Origin: a virus
Taxonomy: Duplodnaviria; Caudoviricetes
Strand: one strand, 5' to 3'
IMG/VR virus record: IMGVR_UViG_3300032116_022045
Length of the DNA: 64,000 nucleotides
The position numbers and the translations under genes are program-made. Shown in pieces: positions 46,327 to 56,691 of the stretch. The notes under the pieces are model-generated. The model saw only the letters and a program-made list of their open reading frames with translations. It made no database searches and was not told where the DNA came from. Position 1 is the first letter of the stretch, and every line of letters starts with the position of its first letter.

Positions 46327-48762
46327 TTATAATTTACCGTTAATATTCTCAGAAATTTGAATATTAACCAATCTTGTCATATTTTTAATGAATGTTGGGT
46401 CACTTATTAATCCAGTTGATATATTATTTCCACCAGGTAAAGATATTTTAATATCACCACTAATTTTTAATTCATCAAATCTATGTATCATATTACCATT
46501 ACTATTCATAGCTTCAGCTAATGCTCTATTACCACCAGCATCTGTTCCAGCAATCATAGTAGCGTCATTTAACTTCATAAATTTATCTTTTGGGTTAAAT
46601 TTTATTATACCATCATTAATAGTAACATCACTTGCATCATCAACAATATCACTCGTATAATCATTTGGATTACCCCTAATGTCTGAAAATAAATCTTTAT
46701 TAGGTATAACAGTTGGTGCATTAGGGTATTTTTTTCTATAAATTGCTCTAGCATTAGCTAAATTGTCTGTACCCATGTTTTCAACACTTAACCCGATTTT
46801 CTTATTTACATATTTAAGAGGGTTGAAACTATCCTCACCCACACTTTCAAGTAATGACATACCTGAACCTCCAAATGACTCAAAAAAACCACCAAATCCT
46901 GTGTTTCTAGTTTTTTCATCACTCGCAAAATCAAATATATCTTTAGCTGCACCGAGTATTGCCGCTATACCTGCTAACGTACCAGCAAGTCTAGTTAAAC
47001 CACCCAATAAAGGCTTAACAAAAGAAAATGCACCTTGTATCATAGGTCCAAGATTTTTCATTGTAGCTAAATTAAAACCAGCACCAAAAGATAAACCAGA
47101 TGCAAACCATTTAGCCCCTTCAAGTAAACCTATACCAAGAATTGCACTTCCTATACCCAAACCTGGATTATCAATAAACCATTTAACATACCCACCAATT
47201 GTTTCAGCAAAACTAACTAATTTTTTCGCATAGTCTTCAAATTTTACGTTTTTAAGATAATATGCTAATTTTTCTACTGCTGGTTTAAAACTTTTAACTA
47301 ATTCTTTAGCAAAAACATCCAAAACTGGCATAATGGGTAAAAATAATTCTTTTACACCATTTATAAAATTAGTTATTGTTTCATCAAATGTTTGTGCACT
47401 TTCAGCTCTTTCAGCTAATGATTTTTTTTCTTCCATTTGTTTTTTAATAAATTCATTACCTGATTTACCAAGTGCACTTAAAAATTTCTTTTCACCATTA
47501 ACTTCAATATAAGCTTTACCGTTTTTATCTAATTTAGCGGTATTCATCAAAAATTCTTTTTCTTCATCACCAATACTAAACGAAACTTGGCCTTCTATCA
47601 TACTGAATTTTTTTGCGTTTTTTCCAGCTGTAACCAAATCTTCAAAAGCGATACCAGTTTGTTCAGCAATTTTTCTTAATCTATGTAATTCAAGACCTGA
47701 CATATCAAATTCACCAGTCTTACTATTAAATTCGACTGATTGTTCAACAGCTTTACCTATTTCTTCAGTTAATCCAGCAACATCATTTCTTGCCATATAC
47801 ATTAAATGAAATGGGTCAGCCAAATTTGAAAATGAACCACCCAAAACTTGCAATTGAGCAGACATTTGAACAGCACCTTCAATATCAAATAACTTTTCAG
47901 CCATACCAGTTGCAAAGTTCATATCAACACCAAGTCTTGTTGTTGTTTCAGCCATTTTCTTTAAACCAGCTACACCACCTTTAAAATTATATTTATTTAA
48001 TAATTTAATGTTATTTGATATTGCTTTTACAACTTTACTAGCATTTAAACCCATTTTACTAGAATCATTCATCGTTTGGTCAATAAATTCACCAGTTCTT
48101 TCAGCACTATAACCTATAAGTTCAAAATCAGCAGCCATTTTAGCTGCACCTTCAGCACCTAAACCAGTTGCAGCAGCCATAGCACCGATAGCCACCAATC
48201 CATCTTTACCTAACATTACTGTTCTACCCATTTCTTCAGTGTATGCCGCTTGCATCTCAGCTAATTGACCTTGGTTTATACCAAATTCATTTGTGATTCG
48301 ACCAGCATCAGCTAATGACTTTCTAAAAGATTTTGTTTGTGTATCTAAAATGCCCATGTTTAAAGCAGACATTTTAATTTTTTTGTCTATTTCAGCTAAA
48401 TATCGTGTATAAGAAACTATACTACCATATGCGCTAGTAATACCACCTAATAAATTTTTTGACGTTTGTAGAGCTGATGCAGAAAATTCTTGTGCTTTGA
48501 CTATATTAGACGTTTCTTTTGCTATGCGCTTATATCTTACTTCTAATTCTTTTACTTGCCTTAATTCTTCTTCTAAAATATCCTTTTGTTCGCCAGTAGC
48601 TTTTGATATTTGTTTTTCTAAATAAGCTATATTACTCTTAATAGCTTTAATCTTTTTTACAAATTCAATATAACCGCCAGTATCTTCGTTTATTCGTCTT
48701 ACTAACTCTGCTTCATCTCTTAATTGTTCTAAAAGTTTTTCTCTTTCTCTTTCTCCAGCCAT
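46327..48762 (-). CDS. Tape measure protein
   Basis: 811 aa helical, A/G/L-rich, with hydrophobic C-proximal segments; downstream of the chaperone pair and upstream of the hub genes. Confidence 0.85.
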   Translation of the reverse strand: MAGEREREKLLEQLRDEAELVRRINEDTGGYIEFVKKIKAIKSNIAYLEKQISKATGEQKDILEEELRQVKELEVRYKRIAKETSNIVKAQEFSASALQTSKNLLGGITSAYGSIVSYTRYLAEIDKKIKMSALNMGILDTQTKSFRKSLADAGRITNEFGINQGQLAEMQAAYTEEMGRTVMLGKDGLVAIGAMAAATGLGAEGAAKMAADFELIGYSAERTGEFIDQTMNDSSKMGLNASKVVKAISNNIKLLNKYNFKGGVAGLKKMAETTTRLGVDMNFATGMAEKLFDIEGAVQMSAQLQVLGGSFSNLADPFHLMYMARNDVAGLTEEIGKAVEQSVEFNSKTGEFDMSGLELHRLRKIAEQTGIAFEDLVTAGKNAKKFSMIEGQVSFSIGDEEKEFLMNTAKLDKNGKAYIEVNGEKKFLSALGKSGNEFIKKQMEEKKSLAERAESAQTFDETITNFINGVKELFLPIMPVLDVFAKELVKSFKPAVEKLAYYLKNVKFEDYAKKLVSFAETIGGYVKWFIDNPGLGIGSAILGIGLLEGAKWFASGLSFGAGFNLATMKNLGPMIQGAFSFVKPLLGGLTRLAGTLAGIAAILGAAKDIFDFASDEKTRNTGFGGFFESFGGSGMSLLESVGEDSFNPLKYVNKKIGLSVENMGTDNLANARAIYRKKYPNAPTVIPNKDLFSDIRGNPNDYTSDIVDDASDVTINDGIIKFNPKDKFMKLNDATMIAGTDAGGNRALAEAMNSNGNMIHRFDELKISGDIKISLPGGNNISTGLISDPTFIKNMTRLVNIQISENINGKL

Positions 48763-48776
48763 AATTATTTATTTTA

Positions 48777-49715
48777 TTAGTTATTAGGTACAATATAACC
48801 ATAATTATCTCCAGAACCAGGTATCATTGTTAATATGTTATTATTAGTGTCGTTATCATTATCAACTAATTCACCAGTTCTTTTATCTCTAACTTTTGTT
48901 ATAAACGTATTGTCACGAACATTATATGTTTTAATTATTGTAAATATATATTTATTTGTATCTAATTTAATTTCTTTATAATCATTTATTACTTTACCAG
49001 TATATTTTTGATTATCATATTTAAATTCAGCATTTTTGTTTGATATAAAATTTTTATTATTTGGAACAGATTTAAGTTTATAATTAATACTATTTCTTAA
49101 ATCACGTGTTAAATCATCCAATTTAATTATACCCTTACCTTCTCTAGCTTTATTACCTTTTATAACATTAAATAACCTACCAAATAAATTAGGTGCCTTA
49201 TAAAAAGATTGTCTTAATAATGGGTCATCCAATAATTTATTATAATCTATACTATCTGCACTAACACTTTCACCACCTTGTTCACCACCTTGTTCACCAC
49301 CTTGTTGATTACCTTGTTGATTACCTTGTTGATTAGAATTTGTAGGTCCGTCAATAGTATCAACAACATTACTACCTCTAACTAATTGAATTGGTGACAT
49401 CATATTAAATTCTTCTATATCCCATATTTTAGGGTTATTTAATTTAAATTTGTCTTTAACTGTATCAGCAATTCTTAATCTTAATTTATCATTGATAACA
49501 CCATCAATGTAATACAACTTATCTTTGTGTTTTGGGTTTTGGTTTTTAAAAATTTTTTTTGTTAAATCAAAAACTGATAGTTTAACATCTTTGTTTTCTA
49601 TTTTAAATGTTATGACATCATTCTTTTTCAATTTTGATATAAAATCTTTAACTGTTGATTCTATCAAATTATTTTTAAGTGTTTTATATTGATTTTCAGT
49701 GATTATTATTTTCAT
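48777..49715 (-). CDS. Hypothetical protein with MKIIITENQ...LIES leader and QQGN/QGGE repeats
   Basis: 312 aa; 12-bp tandem repeats at about 49269-49334; late motif at 49732. Confidence 0.75.
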   Translation of the reverse strand: MKIIITENQYKTLKNNLIESTVKDFISKLKKNDVITFKIENKDVKLSVFDLTKKIFKNQNPKHKDKLYYIDGVINDKLRLRIADTVKDKFKLNNPKIWDIEEFNMMSPIQLVRGSNVVDTIDGPTNSNQQGNQQGNQQGGEQGGEQGGESVSADSIDYNKLLDDPLLRQSFYKAPNLFGRLFNVIKGNKAREGKGIIKLDDLTRDLRNSINYKLKSVPNNKNFISNKNAEFKYDNQKYTGKVINDYKEIKLDTNKYIFTIIKTYNVRDNTFITKVRDKRTGELVDNDNDTNNNILTMIPGSGDNYGYIVPNN

Positions 49716-49754
49716 AAAGCTAATTATATAATATAAATATAGAAAAAATAAAAA

Positions 49755-49774
49755 AACCCAAAATTAATTGGGTT
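49755..49774 (-). terminator. Intrinsic terminator after the gp51-like gene
   Basis: AACCCAA-AATTAA-TTGGGTT with a minus-strand U-tract. Confidence 0.7.
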
Positions 49775-50036
49775 AATTATTTGGTATTTCACCGCTTTTT
49801 AATTTTGATTTTAGTGCTTCACCACTTATTTTTGTTGTTCTACCACTTTTACCGCTTGATTTATTTTTCATTTCTTCATATTGTTCTTCACGTTGTCTTG
49901 CTTGTTTTGTTAATAATGATAAATAATATCTTCTTTCATAAATTGGTAAATTAAGAATATCAGAATAAGTAAAACCTTTTAAATGTTGTGTACAAATAAA
50001 TATTTCCTCAAGTAGTGATGGTTTAAATTCTGGCAT
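49773..50036 (-). CDS. gp51-like tail/hub assembly chaperone (second ORF of a G/GT-type pair)
   Basis: EEIFICTQHLKGFTYSDILNLPIYERRYYLSLL resembles T4-type gp51; overlaps the 3' end of the upstream gene in the +1 frame. Confidence 0.7.
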   Translation of the reverse strand: MPEFKPSLLEEIFICTQHLKGFTYSDILNLPIYERRYYLSLLTKQARQREEQYEEMKNKSSGKSGRTTKISGEALKSKLKSGEIPNN

Positions 50037-51165
50037 CAGGCCAAAAAAACTTGATGTTAAGTGGAAGAAAGGTATCAATTGACCCACCTCTAGGAGTCGG
50101 AACACTGATATTTAAATCAATACCTGGTTCAATCGTAGATATATATTTTAATAAAGCTTTTGAATCACCAATTCTCATTGATTTTGATAAATTTGAAATA
50201 AGATTTCTATCTCTATCACCATCAATCTCAACAATCATTTTTTCTAATGTATATGTGTTTGTATTATTAACAGCCACATTATCTTCTTTTTCTTTAGCTA
50301 TAATTTGTTCAATAACATCAACATCACCACAAGTTAATAATTTAAATTTAATTACTGATTTACTAATTGGTAATGTAAAAGTAAATAAACCTTCATCGTC
50401 AGGGTCAACTTCTAATTTTTTAATTTTTAAATCATTTAAATTAACTTCAGTATCAAATGGGTCATCTAGTTCATCTAGTAACGTTACAGGATACATTTCA
50501 CCATAACTAGTTGCCCTTAACCAAATCATAATAGCATTTCTATCACCAATTAATAAATCTTCATATCTTAATTCGGTATCTAAAATTTTTCTATTAATTA
50601 ATATTTTTAAAAACTCACCGCTTTGTAATAGATTAGGACTCGTCAAAATATTCTCATCAGCAGTTGTCATATAAGAAACTTTAATATTTGGTTTTCTATT
50701 TCGATATACTTTACCTTGAGATGGTAATGGAATAACATCAAATGCTGAATTAAAATCTGGTTGACTTAATTCTATAATTTGTGAATTTAAATTTGATGGT
50801 AATTCACCATAATTTTCTGGTTTGTTTTTAGTTGTCATATTAGTTTTAATTGTATTATAATTTTTATTTTCTACTTTATTTTGATTAATTGTTGTATCTA
50901 CAACCTTATTTACTTTTTTAACCTCACTTAAATTATCTTCAACAACAACACCAGTGTTATTCTTTAAATTTAATTGTTCTTGTGTTCTTTTCATCATCGC
51001 CTCTACAGCAGAAGCATAATTTTGATTTACTTCATTTGAATTTTTAGTGTTTTCATAAATTTCTTTTGCTACATCAATTTTTTCTCTATGATATTTTTCT
51101 TCTTCAGCTTTTCTTTTTGCTGCTTCCATATCTTCATTTGAAGGTATTACATTAAGTTTACTCAT
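50023..51165 (-). CDS. gp26-like baseplate hub / tail assembly chaperone
   Basis: IPLPSQG...VSYMTTADENIL...GDRNAIMIWLRATSYG...PGIDL...FFWP. Confidence 0.8.
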   Translation of the reverse strand: MSKLNVIPSNEDMEAAKRKAEEEKYHREKIDVAKEIYENTKNSNEVNQNYASAVEAMMKRTQEQLNLKNNTGVVVEDNLSEVKKVNKVVDTTINQNKVENKNYNTIKTNMTTKNKPENYGELPSNLNSQIIELSQPDFNSAFDVIPLPSQGKVYRNRKPNIKVSYMTTADENILTSPNLLQSGEFLKILINRKILDTELRYEDLLIGDRNAIMIWLRATSYGEMYPVTLLDELDDPFDTEVNLNDLKIKKLEVDPDDEGLFTFTLPISKSVIKFKLLTCGDVDVIEQIIAKEKEDNVAVNNTNTYTLEKMIVEIDGDRDRNLISNLSKSMRIGDSKALLKYISTIEPGIDLNISVPTPRGGSIDTFLPLNIKFFWPDARI

Positions 51166-51216
51166 AACAATTACTTTATATTAAATATAATTAGTTATAT
51201 TTTTATGTAAATAAAA

Positions 51217-51242
51217 AAAAACCTAACATAAGTTAGGTTTTT
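51217..51242. terminator. Intrinsic terminator
   Basis: AAAAACCTAAC-ATAA-GTTAGGTTTTT. Confidence 0.85.
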
Positions 51243-51249
51243 ATTGTTT

Positions 51250-53742
51250 TTAGTATTTTATTAATTTCTTTATCTTTTCTATTTCATTTTCTATTAAAAC
51301 TTCTTTTGGAATAACTTTCCTTTCAAAAATTTGTGGTCGATTAGCCTGTTGGTTATTGTTACCACCAGCTTGTTGTTGTGGTTGTTGTTGTTTTTGTTGT
51401 TGTTGTTGATTATTACCACCTTGTGTTTTTAATTTATATAGATATTGAAAAAGACCAATTAATGTTTTTAAGAAATTAGCCAAATTCTTTTTAAATGCTG
51501 TTCTACTTTGAGCATCTTTAGAAAATGATTTATTAGGCATTGAAGCACCATAACCAGCTTCAACCTCTGCAATTTTATTTATATTACCACCACCTAAACC
51601 TTTCATTTTACCAACCATACTATTATCTTTAGTATATTGATTATTAGGGTCTAAATTCTTTATTTTACCTGAGAAAGCGTTACTAACTGTTTTATAATCC
51701 GTAGAATAAACTGTATTTAAAGTTTCTTTTATAAATGTTAAAAGTTGTCTCATATCTTGTTCATTGTCAGGATTAGCATTAGTTAAAGCTTCAAAATTTG
51801 TCATCATAATAGGGTTTGAATCTAATTGATTTAAGAAACCCTTAATAACATTATCATTTGTTTTAGCTAAACTTTTCCTTAAAGTATTTCTAACATACTC
51901 TATTCTTTTTAACAACTCTTCAAATTTTTGTAATTGGTCAACTTTTAAATTTTTTGATAAATAAGTAATAACTCTTTTATCTTTAAAAAATTTGCCTTCG
52001 TATAACATTTCTTCACCTTCTCTTACATAATTTTGATTAGCAAAAAATCTTTCTCTACCACTTTGTGTTTGCCCACCAGCTTGTGCTCTATTACCACCTT
52101 TCATTATTTGACCACCTTGATATGTTCTACCACCTAAACTATCTCTAGCTGAAGAACTTTGAGATTTAGAAGGTGATTTAGCACCAGTACCCATTGTACC
52201 TCTATTATTAACTATAAATTGAAAAAGACTTTTTAAATCATTAAATAAACCATCTGTAGAACCACTATCTTGTGATATTTTTTTCGGGTCTTGAGCTTGA
52301 GCTACAGAAATTGGTGGTTCATCTGGTTTTATAACACCATCCCCACCTTCAATATTTCTAATTGATTGATATAACGCATTAAGTGTTGCAGCTCTTGAAG
52401 ATTTTTGGCCTTTCATTCGCATAAGTTTAACCAAAGCACCAGTAGCTATTAAACCAACACCAATAGGTCCTAATAAAGCACCTAAACCTTTTGCAACAAG
52501 ATAACCAGCACCAACCTTAAGACCAGTTTTCATAACAATTGTTGGTACCATTTTTACTATAGCATTGACAACAAGACCTTGTAAACCACCACCAGTTTGT
52601 GTTACCAATAAATCACCAACACTTTTACCTGTTCCAGCCCAACTACCTTGGAACATTTCACCTAAATTTTTACCATAACTATTAGGGTTTTTAGCAATTT
52701 CTTCAAGAACTTTTTTAGCGTTATCAGGGTCCATAAATATACCACCTTTAGCTGATAATGCATCAATACCAGCTTGTAAATTACCACCACCAAGTTGTTT
52801 TACAGCATTTACAAAATCTTGTGGTGAAGAATTTGGACTTAAGTTTAATCCCATAGCCCTATTCATTATTTGTGTCATACCTTCACCTGGTTTTATTGAC
52901 GCAAAAATTGAAGATTTTTCTTTTACTATTTGTCTAACATATTCAATAGAAGGGTTTTTGGTTATTTCAAGAAATAAACTTTTAAACCATTCTGTATTAA
53001 CTAACCAACTAAAAGCACCTAAAGAAGAACCAACACCAGCTAATGTTAAAGGTAATCTATTTGATTTAAGAGTGTCCATTCTTGTACTAGCAAAATCATC
53101 ACCACCACCTCTTTTTGCAGCTAAACTTTGTCTAACGGCTTTATCATCATAAACCTTACCAGCATCTGATGGTTCTTGTTCAGATAAACCAAATTCTTCA
53201 TCTATTTGAGCCATTTGCTCATCAGTTATATCATACTCTTCATTCATTAAATCTTGTTCAGATTCATTAACCACTGAATATACTGCTGTTAAATCAATAT
53301 CTAAGAATTTTTTAACGTATTCTCTTAAATCATTTATAACACCATTAGCTGCATCAACAGATAGATATCCTTCTTCATTAGGATTTTTTGTTGTAGCATC
53401 AATAATAGAATCATAAACAGCTGCTATTGACATAACAGTTGATAAAAATTGTTGTGGGTCTTTATTATTTGGGAATTGTGGGTTTTCTTCTTTAATTTTA
53501 TCGTTAAGATTTTTAATTAATGTGTTAGATGCTTTATCAATAATTTGTTGTATCTTAGCACCAGCTTCTTGGTCAATTTTACCTCTACCAAAAATTTTAC
53601 CACCAACTTTATATCTACCTAATTTAGACAAACCGTATTTAATTGTATCCATTAAACCTTCATCCAAATGTTTACCTTCATTTAATAAGAAATTTTCTAA
53701 CATTTCTTTTTGTTCTTTTGTAATCTTAATTCTATTTTTCAT
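51250..53742 (-). CDS. Large putative ejection/internal head protein with Gly-rich hydrophobic helices
   Basis: 830 aa; N-terminal KITKEQ...LLNEG; hydrophobic LPLTLAGVGSSLGAFSWLV and GAGYLVAKGLGALLGPIGVGLIATGALV; C-terminal LIENEIEKIKKLIKY; late motif at 53765. Confidence 0.55.
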   Translation of the reverse strand: MKNRIKITKEQKEMLENFLLNEGKHLDEGLMDTIKYGLSKLGRYKVGGKIFGRGKIDQEAGAKIQQIIDKASNTLIKNLNDKIKEENPQFPNNKDPQQFLSTVMSIAAVYDSIIDATTKNPNEEGYLSVDAANGVINDLREYVKKFLDIDLTAVYSVVNESEQDLMNEEYDITDEQMAQIDEEFGLSEQEPSDAGKVYDDKAVRQSLAAKRGGGDDFASTRMDTLKSNRLPLTLAGVGSSLGAFSWLVNTEWFKSLFLEITKNPSIEYVRQIVKEKSSIFASIKPGEGMTQIMNRAMGLNLSPNSSPQDFVNAVKQLGGGNLQAGIDALSAKGGIFMDPDNAKKVLEEIAKNPNSYGKNLGEMFQGSWAGTGKSVGDLLVTQTGGGLQGLVVNAIVKMVPTIVMKTGLKVGAGYLVAKGLGALLGPIGVGLIATGALVKLMRMKGQKSSRAATLNALYQSIRNIEGGDGVIKPDEPPISVAQAQDPKKISQDSGSTDGLFNDLKSLFQFIVNNRGTMGTGAKSPSKSQSSSARDSLGGRTYQGGQIMKGGNRAQAGGQTQSGRERFFANQNYVREGEEMLYEGKFFKDKRVITYLSKNLKVDQLQKFEELLKRIEYVRNTLRKSLAKTNDNVIKGFLNQLDSNPIMMTNFEALTNANPDNEQDMRQLLTFIKETLNTVYSTDYKTVSNAFSGKIKNLDPNNQYTKDNSMVGKMKGLGGGNINKIAEVEAGYGASMPNKSFSKDAQSRTAFKKNLANFLKTLIGLFQYLYKLKTQGGNNQQQQQKQQQPQQQAGGNNNQQANRPQIFERKVIPKEVLIENEIEKIKKLIKY

Positions 53743-53788
53743 ATTATAAAATTTTTTTTATATCTATAAATATATAAATTAATTAAAA

Positions 53789-53831
53789 AAAACAAAAAAG
53801 CTGTTAATTATCTTAACAGCTTTTTTGTTTT
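53789..53831. terminator. Strong intrinsic terminator after the tail sheath
   Basis: Perfect 19-bp arms AAAACAAAAAAGCTGTTAA / TTAACAGCTTTTTTGTTTT with a 5-nt loop. Confidence 0.9.
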
Positions 53832-53850
53832 ACGTTTTAACTAATATAAA

Positions 53851-56691
53851 TTAGATATTATCAAAAGACGCTCCTGTATTCATCACCACAAATTCAATTT
53901 TTATAAATTCTAGTGAACGGGTTGGTTTTAAGAAAATCTGTCCAGATAATTGATTTCTATCAATATCTTCAGGGTCATTTGAAAGAACAACACGGAAATC
54001 AGTTAAACCTCTTTCACTTCTAATGTTATCCAATATTGGATTAACAAGAGCTAAGAATTGGTTTCTAACCACTGAATCATTTTGTTCGAACAATAATCTA
54101 ATAGCAACAGCAGATATAAGTTTTCTTGCTTGTAATAAAAGTCTTCTAACGTTTATTCTATTAAGAGCAGTTTCTTTAACCTGCATTGTTTTATTACCCC
54201 AAATTTTAATACCATCACTTGTGAATGTTGCAATAGGGTTAATTCTATTTTCATAAAGTGTATCTCTTTGAGATAATGTTAATTTTGTTCTTGCTTGAAT
54301 AGCATCAACATCACCACGCTGAACACCTGCAACAGCAAACCAAGGGAATGCAATGTTATCAGTTAAAGCGATATTTCTAACAACATCTCTTGTAGGTGGA
54401 ACGAAAATTAAAACATTATTTTCAGTGTCATTTATTTGAACCCATGGCCAATAAGTACAAGAGTAGTTACTATCATACATATCACCTATGTTATCAACAA
54501 CATCATCAACAGTTAATAATGTTTCATTATAGTAATCAGGAGTTGTCATGATATACAATGAATCTGCTCTTTCTTGTTCAACCATTTCAATTGTTGCTTC
54601 AACAAGATTAGTGTTATCAAAGTTATCAATACCTGGTGTTGCAAATACGTTAACATTCACAGCTTCAGGGTTTCTAAATGTCCAGATACCTTCTAAGTAA
54701 GCGTAATAATCAGAAGTTATACCTAAATCACCATTAGATAATGTTCTATTAGAAAACGCACCACTAGTTAAACCAGCAGAACCATAAACACCGTTAATTA
54801 AGAATCTATCAGTATTACTTCTTCTTGTTCTGTAAACATCCCAACCATCAAAACCACCATAAGGAACTAAAGTAAACTTACGTGCAAATACTTTTTCGTA
54901 TGGACCACCAATTAAACCAGCTTCAGTTCTAAATTGAGCCACACCAGTGTCAAATAAGAACACTGGACTATATGTACCACCACTGTTATTTATAACTACA
55001 ACAACGTTATCTATTGTAGCACCAGTAGCACCAATATCCATATGGAAACCATTAGTTAAACCAGTCCAAATATCAACACCAGTAATGTTAGGAACACCTT
55101 TGTAATCAAAGAAGTCAGCGTCTACACCAACAATATTTGAAATACCTAAGAAAGCTCTTCTTTTATTTTCAAAAGTACCATAAGATTTTTTATAACTTAA
55201 TACTGGGTCAATAACTGTTGTGTTACCATTTTCTTGGTAATCACGTATTGGATAACCAATAAAACCAGCAGGGAAAGCTTCACTAGTATCTGAAGTGTCA
55301 TCTAATTCAGCTAAAACATATACAGAATTAGAAACATAAACACCATCTAATGTACCTATTCTTCTTGCAATATAATTTGCTGAAGTTGGGTCCATCGTAC
55401 AACGTGTGAAACTTTCTAATACAACTGGATTTGCATCAGTATCATAGAAAGACCTGATAACAACATCAAATTCTCTTGTATCTGGTTTAATGTTTGTTAT
55501 AGAGATTTTAAATTGCTCGTTAGCAGCATTACCATCAGAAATTGTCCAGAATCTAAATAATCTTAATACTTTATTACCACGTAATTCAGATACGACATAA
55601 GGTGTAACTGCTGGACTGTATTCTTTAAGATAATTATAGAATTCTCTATCGTAACTAATTAAAGATTGTTTAATACCTCTGATTTTACCATCAGTATTTA
55701 AATTTCTAAATAAATTATCATACAATTCTTCAACAAATAAAGCTGTTTTACCATCTTGTGCTGTTCTTCCCAATACTTTAGGTAAATAATTTCTTTGTGT
55801 TCTATCCATAGAAACATTGTAATTAAAATTACCTTGTAATGTAGAATTACCGCTTAATGAGAATGTACCAAGTGGGTCTGTAGTAGCACCACTAAACGTT
55901 GGGTCAAAAATAACACCTGTTGCACCAGTTACTTCAAAAGAAGGTAATTGAGTATTAACGTTTATTGTACCTCTAGAACGAAGTAAAGCGACTAATTGAT
56001 TTTCTACACCAGAATATACAGTACCAGAATAATATACTGTAACACCAGAGGTTGTACCAGTATTTGTGGTTGTTGTTGCACTACCAGCAGCTGTAACATA
56101 AAGATTAAATGATACACCACTAAAATTACTACCAGTTTTTTGATATACTGGTCCGATTGTAGATGTAGCACCAGTTGTTGCTGTACCTAAAAATGCTAAT
56201 TGGGTAGTTAATAAACCATCATTATATAATGTTTGAACAAATGTATCATTAGATACAACATTAGTTACTGTACCAGCAGTTGTTGCCGTATACTCAATTA
56301 AAGTTGCATATGATGAACCTGTTTGTGTGATAGTAACACTGGCTGGGTCTAAAGCAGCATCTAATGTTATACCCCATGCTAGACCAGCATCATAACCTGA
56401 AAACCCTAATACTCTTGTTACGAATAATTGGTTTGATTGAGAAAGATAAGATTTAGCTATATATGGTAATTCATATAATGGTGCGTTATTATCTTTTACT
56501 TTTGTTGCATTTAAGCCACCAAAAAATGATTGAAATTCACCATAATTTGATACAAAAATAGGTTGAAAAGCAGGTCCTTTAGTCGTTTCACCAACTAAGC
56601 CCAATGTAGTTACACCGACTTGTCTGGTAATAAAGGTTAAATCTTTTTCTGATGTATAAACACCTGGACTTACGAATACTTGTGTTGACAT
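53851..56691 (-). CDS. Tail sheath protein (T4 gp18-like)
   Basis: FVSPGVYTSEKDL...GETTKGPAF...FATPGID...YWPWVQ...WFAVAG...WGNKT...RINVRRLL...IFLKPTRSLEFI. Confidence 0.97.
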   Translation of the reverse strand: MSTQVFVSPGVYTSEKDLTFITRQVGVTTLGLVGETTKGPAFQPIFVSNYGEFQSFFGGLNATKVKDNNAPLYELPYIAKSYLSQSNQLFVTRVLGFSGYDAGLAWGITLDAALDPASVTITQTGSSYATLIEYTATTAGTVTNVVSNDTFVQTLYNDGLLTTQLAFLGTATTGATSTIGPVYQKTGSNFSGVSFNLYVTAAGSATTTTNTGTTSGVTVYYSGTVYSGVENQLVALLRSRGTINVNTQLPSFEVTGATGVIFDPTFSGATTDPLGTFSLSGNSTLQGNFNYNVSMDRTQRNYLPKVLGRTAQDGKTALFVEELYDNLFRNLNTDGKIRGIKQSLISYDREFYNYLKEYSPAVTPYVVSELRGNKVLRLFRFWTISDGNAANEQFKISITNIKPDTREFDVVIRSFYDTDANPVVLESFTRCTMDPTSANYIARRIGTLDGVYVSNSVYVLAELDDTSDTSEAFPAGFIGYPIRDYQENGNTTVIDPVLSYKKSYGTFENKRRAFLGISNIVGVDADFFDYKGVPNITGVDIWTGLTNGFHMDIGATGATIDNVVVVINNSGGTYSPVFLFDTGVAQFRTEAGLIGGPYEKVFARKFTLVPYGGFDGWDVYRTRRSNTDRFLINGVYGSAGLTSGAFSNRTLSNGDLGITSDYYAYLEGIWTFRNPEAVNVNVFATPGIDNFDNTNLVEATIEMVEQERADSLYIMTTPDYYNETLLTVDDVVDNIGDMYDSNYSCTYWPWVQINDTENNVLIFVPPTRDVVRNIALTDNIAFPWFAVAGVQRGDVDAIQARTKLTLSQRDTLYENRINPIATFTSDGIKIWGNKTMQVKETALNRINVRRLLLQARKLISAVAIRLLFEQNDSVVRNQFLALVNPILDNIRSERGLTDFRVVLSNDPEDIDRNQLSGQIFLKPTRSLEFIKIEFVVMNTGASFDNI

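Noticed and set aside
49269-49334. 12-bp tandem repeats (QQGN/QGGE), also the Gln run near 51340-51420 and the Thr run near 42940-42960
   Set aside because: They are in-frame low-complexity linkers with no sign of phase variation.
3556-54256. The many short + strand ORFs in the track (and minus-strand ORFs 6546-6776 and 34258-34440)
   Set aside because: They are antisense or out-of-frame shadows of long, well-supported genes, with no motifs or expression signals; only the tail tube (24144-24632) is a credible intact + gene.
35943-56691. Extracellular contractile injection system or T6SS rather than a phage
   Set aside because: The tail genes are interleaved with RNR, helicase, recombinase, SSB and exonuclease genes, with phage-type promoters and a long tape measure protein.
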